Of a DNA stretch of 64,000 nucleotides, positions 61,446 to 64,000 are shown piece after piece. Source of the stretch: Chitinophagales bacterium (GTDB lineage: Bacteria; Bacteroidota; Bacteroidia; Chitinophagales; UBA10324); contig JAIBAY010000002.1 of the NCBI GenBank assembly GCA_019694975.1, positions 197,252-261,251 of the forward strand, given 5' to 3'. Under the pieces are notes generated by a model that was given only the letters and a program-made list of their open reading frames with translations, did not search any database and was not told where the DNA came from. Position 1 is the stretch's first letter. Every line of letters starts with the position of its first letter. Position numbers and translations under genes: made by a program.

Positions 61446-63038
61446 ATGAAACACTCAATTAAAATTCTTTCCATCACACTGATCATAATTATCAGTGCTG
61501 TAAATGCACAGGCACAATGGAGTCTTTCCGGCAATGTACTCACCGGCAATGAGAAACTTGGTTCAACCAACTCCGCAGATGTTAAAATTGTTTCCAATAA
61601 CAATACACGGATGACTGTTAAATCAAATGGCAAAGTTGGTATTGGCATCACTTCCCCTTCAGCAAGACTGGAAGTCAAATACAACAGCACTACCACCGAT
61701 CCCACTCTTTTGCTCACTGAATCTGAAAATGACTATTCCAGATTAAACTTCCAGAATAGCACCAACTCAAATTACTGGAGCATCGCCGGCTATACCAATG
61801 CATCCAACAGCTTATCCAAACTAAGCTTTAATAATAATGTTATCGGCAACCTCATGACGCTTTCCGGTGACGGCAAGATAAATATTGGAGGCCCCGCCGC
61901 CAGCTATACGATGACCAGCATCAATAACAATAACAACAGTGAACAGACGGTGGATATCGGCGGTGGCTACCGGGCACTCAATGTGCATACCCGTGGCGTG
62001 GAAACACTTGGGTATGGAGATTCTTCGGCAGTTGCTGCAACATTTACAGCAGATAATTCCAACTCGTACGACAACATCGGATTACAGGTGTATGCCAAGA
62101 ATGCTTCAAACACTAATGCCTTCTACCCTATCAATACAGGGATGTATTGCAGCGGCGTTAGTAACTACACCGTAAGCTACGGAGGTGTTAACACCGGTAT
62201 CAACTGCTTTGGCTCCGGCAAAGGCGCTACCAATTACGGGCTTTACGCATCTGCAGATTATGCCAATACGAACTATGCCATATATGGCACTTATTATTCC
62301 GGCTCTTCAGGAACGAAGTATGCCGGTTACTTCAACGGCAACATCGGTGGCACAGGCATCTTCTCTTACACTTCAGATGAAAAGCTGAAGAAGGATATTA
62401 AACCGGATTACGGATTGATGGAAAAGATCATGCAGCTGAAACCCAGCCATTATTCTTTCAAAACAGATGAATTTGGGGCCATGAATCTCGCAGACGGGCT
62501 ACACCACGGACTCATCGCACAGCAACTCAACGAGGTCTTTCCGGAACTGGTAAGTGAACAGGTTTTCCCTGAACAATATGACCTGCAGTCACATAAAGTT
62601 AAACAAGCGGCGGTTACTTATCTGGGTGTAAACTATATTGAACTGATTCCTATTCTCATCAGTGGCATGCAGGAGCAACAGGAACAGATAAAGTTGCTCA
62701 CAAATGAAATCGCCGAACTGAAATCCATGTCTTGTAGTTTACCTGCTTCAAAAACTACAACTGAAGCTATAGCTTCAGGATCTTATCTTTTGCAAAATGT
62801 ACCGAATCCGGTTATGCAGGTGAGCACGATCAATTATGTGATTGCTGCCAATGTGAAGACTGCTTCTATAATTGTAAGAAACATCACAGGTAATGCAGTA
62901 AGGTCATTCGATAATCTGGCGGCAGGAGCCGGTTCAGTTTCATTTGCTGCAGGTTCACTGCCTGGCGGAATGTATACCTACACGCTGATGATTAACGGAA
63001 TGCCGGTTGAAACCAGGAATCTTGTGATAGTCAAGTAA
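61446..63038 (+). CDS. Tail-fibre-like protein with peptidase S74 (intramolecular chaperone) domain and T9SS C-terminal sorting domain
   Basis: ..SDEKLKKDIKP....IMQLKP..Y.FK......HHGLIAQQL.EVFPELV.. (S74 chaperone-type) followed by ..GGMYTYTLMINGMPVETRNLVIVK. Confidence 0.7.
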   Translation: MKHSIKILSITLIIIISAVNAQAQWSLSGNVLTGNEKLGSTNSADVKIVSNNNTRMTVKSNGKVGIGITSPSARLEVKYNSTTTDPTLLLTESENDYSRLNFQNSTNSNYWSIAGYTNASNSLSKLSFNNNVIGNLMTLSGDGKINIGGPAASYTMTSINNNNNSEQTVDIGGGYRALNVHTRGVETLGYGDSSAVAATFTADNSNSYDNIGLQVYAKNASNTNAFYPINTGMYCSGVSNYTVSYGGVNTGINCFGSGKGATNYGLYASADYANTNYAIYGTYYSGSSGTKYAGYFNGNIGGTGIFSYTSDEKLKKDIKPDYGLMEKIMQLKPSHYSFKTDEFGAMNLADGLHHGLIAQQLNEVFPELVSEQVFPEQYDLQSHKVKQAAVTYLGVNYIELIPILISGMQEQQEQIKLLTNEIAELKSMSCSLPASKTTTEAIASGSYLLQNVPNPVMQVSTINYVIAANVKTASIIVRNITGNAVRSFDNLAAGAGSVSFAAGSLPGGMYTYTLMINGMPVETRNLVIVK

Positions 63039-63061
63039 CAGTAAACATATTTTATACCCGG

Positions 63062-63100
63062 TCCCCGTTGCAGGCCTTTTGCCCGCTTCGGGGATTTTTA
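63062..63100 (+). terminator. Possible rho-independent terminator
   Basis: tccccg..cgggga pairing with an inner cccgcttcgggg hairpin, followed by tttttatttg. The geometry is imperfect. Confidence 0.4.
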
Positions 63101-63255
63101 TTTGTGTTAAGGGTTATTAATCCCGGCAACCGGTGAAATTCTTCGCATCATCATTACAAAAATCTGTGGTGCAGAAAACATTGCCTCATAATTAAGTGTT
63201 TTATTTGCACACCGGCATCGGAATAATAAGCTCAGTACATTTGAAATTATTAGAG

Positions 63256-63378
63256 GCAATCTCAAAATACCCGGAGTCATCCTGTCCCTATTAATCGGGT
63301 TCAGGATCTCTTTAATTCATTGAAATATGCCGAAATTAATTCGGTATGACAGCATTGATTGCCAATTTTGAGATAGCT
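63256..63378 (+). repeat. Intergenic structured repeat, copy F (long-P2 subtype)
   Basis: gcaatctcaaaa..ttttgagatagc arms. P3 gccgaa..ttcggt has a G-U pair when read from the + strand. Confidence 0.75.
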
Positions 63379-63468
63379 TATAGTGAATCACAACTACACT
63401 GAAATAGCAAAAGCTGGTAATAGATATTTCTACTTGACACAGTTAACAATCAAAAAAAATTAAAACAG

Positions 63469-64000
63469 ATGCAAACTATCATAGGCGCAGGTGGTGCAAT
63501 CGGAAAAGACCTTGCCAGGTTCCTCCGTGATTACACCGACAGTATTAAGTTAGTCAGCAGGAATCCGGTCAAAGTCAATGACACCGATATCCTTCAGCCG
63601 GCCGATGTCAATGACCCTTCGCAAATTCATGCTGCCATTGCCGGCAGTGAGGTTTGCTATGTAGCATTAGGATTTGCGTATAAGCTGAAAGTATGGAGAG
63701 AGAAGTGGCCGGCTTTTATGCATCATGTAATCGAAGCTTGCATCCGTAATCAAACCAGGCTTGTTTTCTTTGATAACGTTTATGCCTTAGATAAAGATCA
63801 TATCGGCAGGATTACCGAATCATCGCCAATCAATCCAATCAGTAAAAAAGGCGCCGTGCGTGCAGCTGTTGACCGTATGATACTGGAACAGGTAGAGAAA
63901 GGAAAGCTACAGGCCATTATTGCAAGGGCGCCTGACTTTTTCGGCCCCTACGATAAGCAAAAGAGCATGATGATGAATACCGTGTATGATAACCTGGTGA
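63469..64000 (+). CDS. NAD-dependent epimerase/dehydratase (SDR family), 3'-truncated by the window end
   Basis: ATG 63469. MQTIIGAGGAIGKDLARFL (Rossmann GxGxxG). The frame stays open to the window edge and is absent from the ORF track because it has no stop. Confidence 0.7.
   Translation, partial: MQTIIGAGGAIGKDLARFLRDYTDSIKLVSRNPVKVNDTDILQPADVNDPSQIHAAIAGSEVCYVALGFAYKLKVWREKWPAFMHHVIEACIRNQTRLVFFDNVYALDKDHIGRITESSPINPISKKGAVRAAVDRMILEQVEKGKLQAIIARAPDFFGPYDKQKSMMMNTVYDNLV

Overview
The window looks like a chromosomal, mostly housekeeping stretch of a Bacteroidota genome, probably of the Chitinophagaceae or Sphingobacteriia type. Evidence for that placement: three proteins end in T9SS C-terminal sorting domains, there are PorQ-like and DUF5686/CarboxypepD_reg proteins and a delta-60 repeat protein, and TTG..TAnnTTTG-type promoter motifs occur. 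About 60 CDS can be supported. Examples are trpS, miaA, ndk, katG with an upstream Fur/PerR-type regulator, two tandem FKBP isomerases plus NrnA, two GH13 amylases, two Hsp20 proteins, a cold-shock protein, MscS, the rifampin ADP-ribosyltransferase Arr, and a YceI-porin-YceI cluster. RNA genes are two tRNAs (Lys-UUU and Met-type CAU) and an RNase P RNA. I found no integrase, transposase, prophage, CRISPR array or recognisable defence island, so I cannot point to a multi-gene novel system. The feature least explained by the gene annotation is a family of six well-conserved ~115-125-nt intergenic elements plus one decayed copy. They have a predicted three-helix fold and all lie in the same orientation. 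Secondary oddities: (1) the RNase P RNA is about 520 nt, unusually long; (2) one 939-aa protein fuses GT2, GT-C and TPR domains; (3) a small exported gene next to arr is broken by a single in-frame stop; (4) there is a bacterial SET-domain protein; (5) a protein has an extremely acidic tail; (6) a protein carries a phage tail-fibre chaperone domain followed by a T9SS sorting domain. All product calls rest on motif recognition by eye, with no database search.
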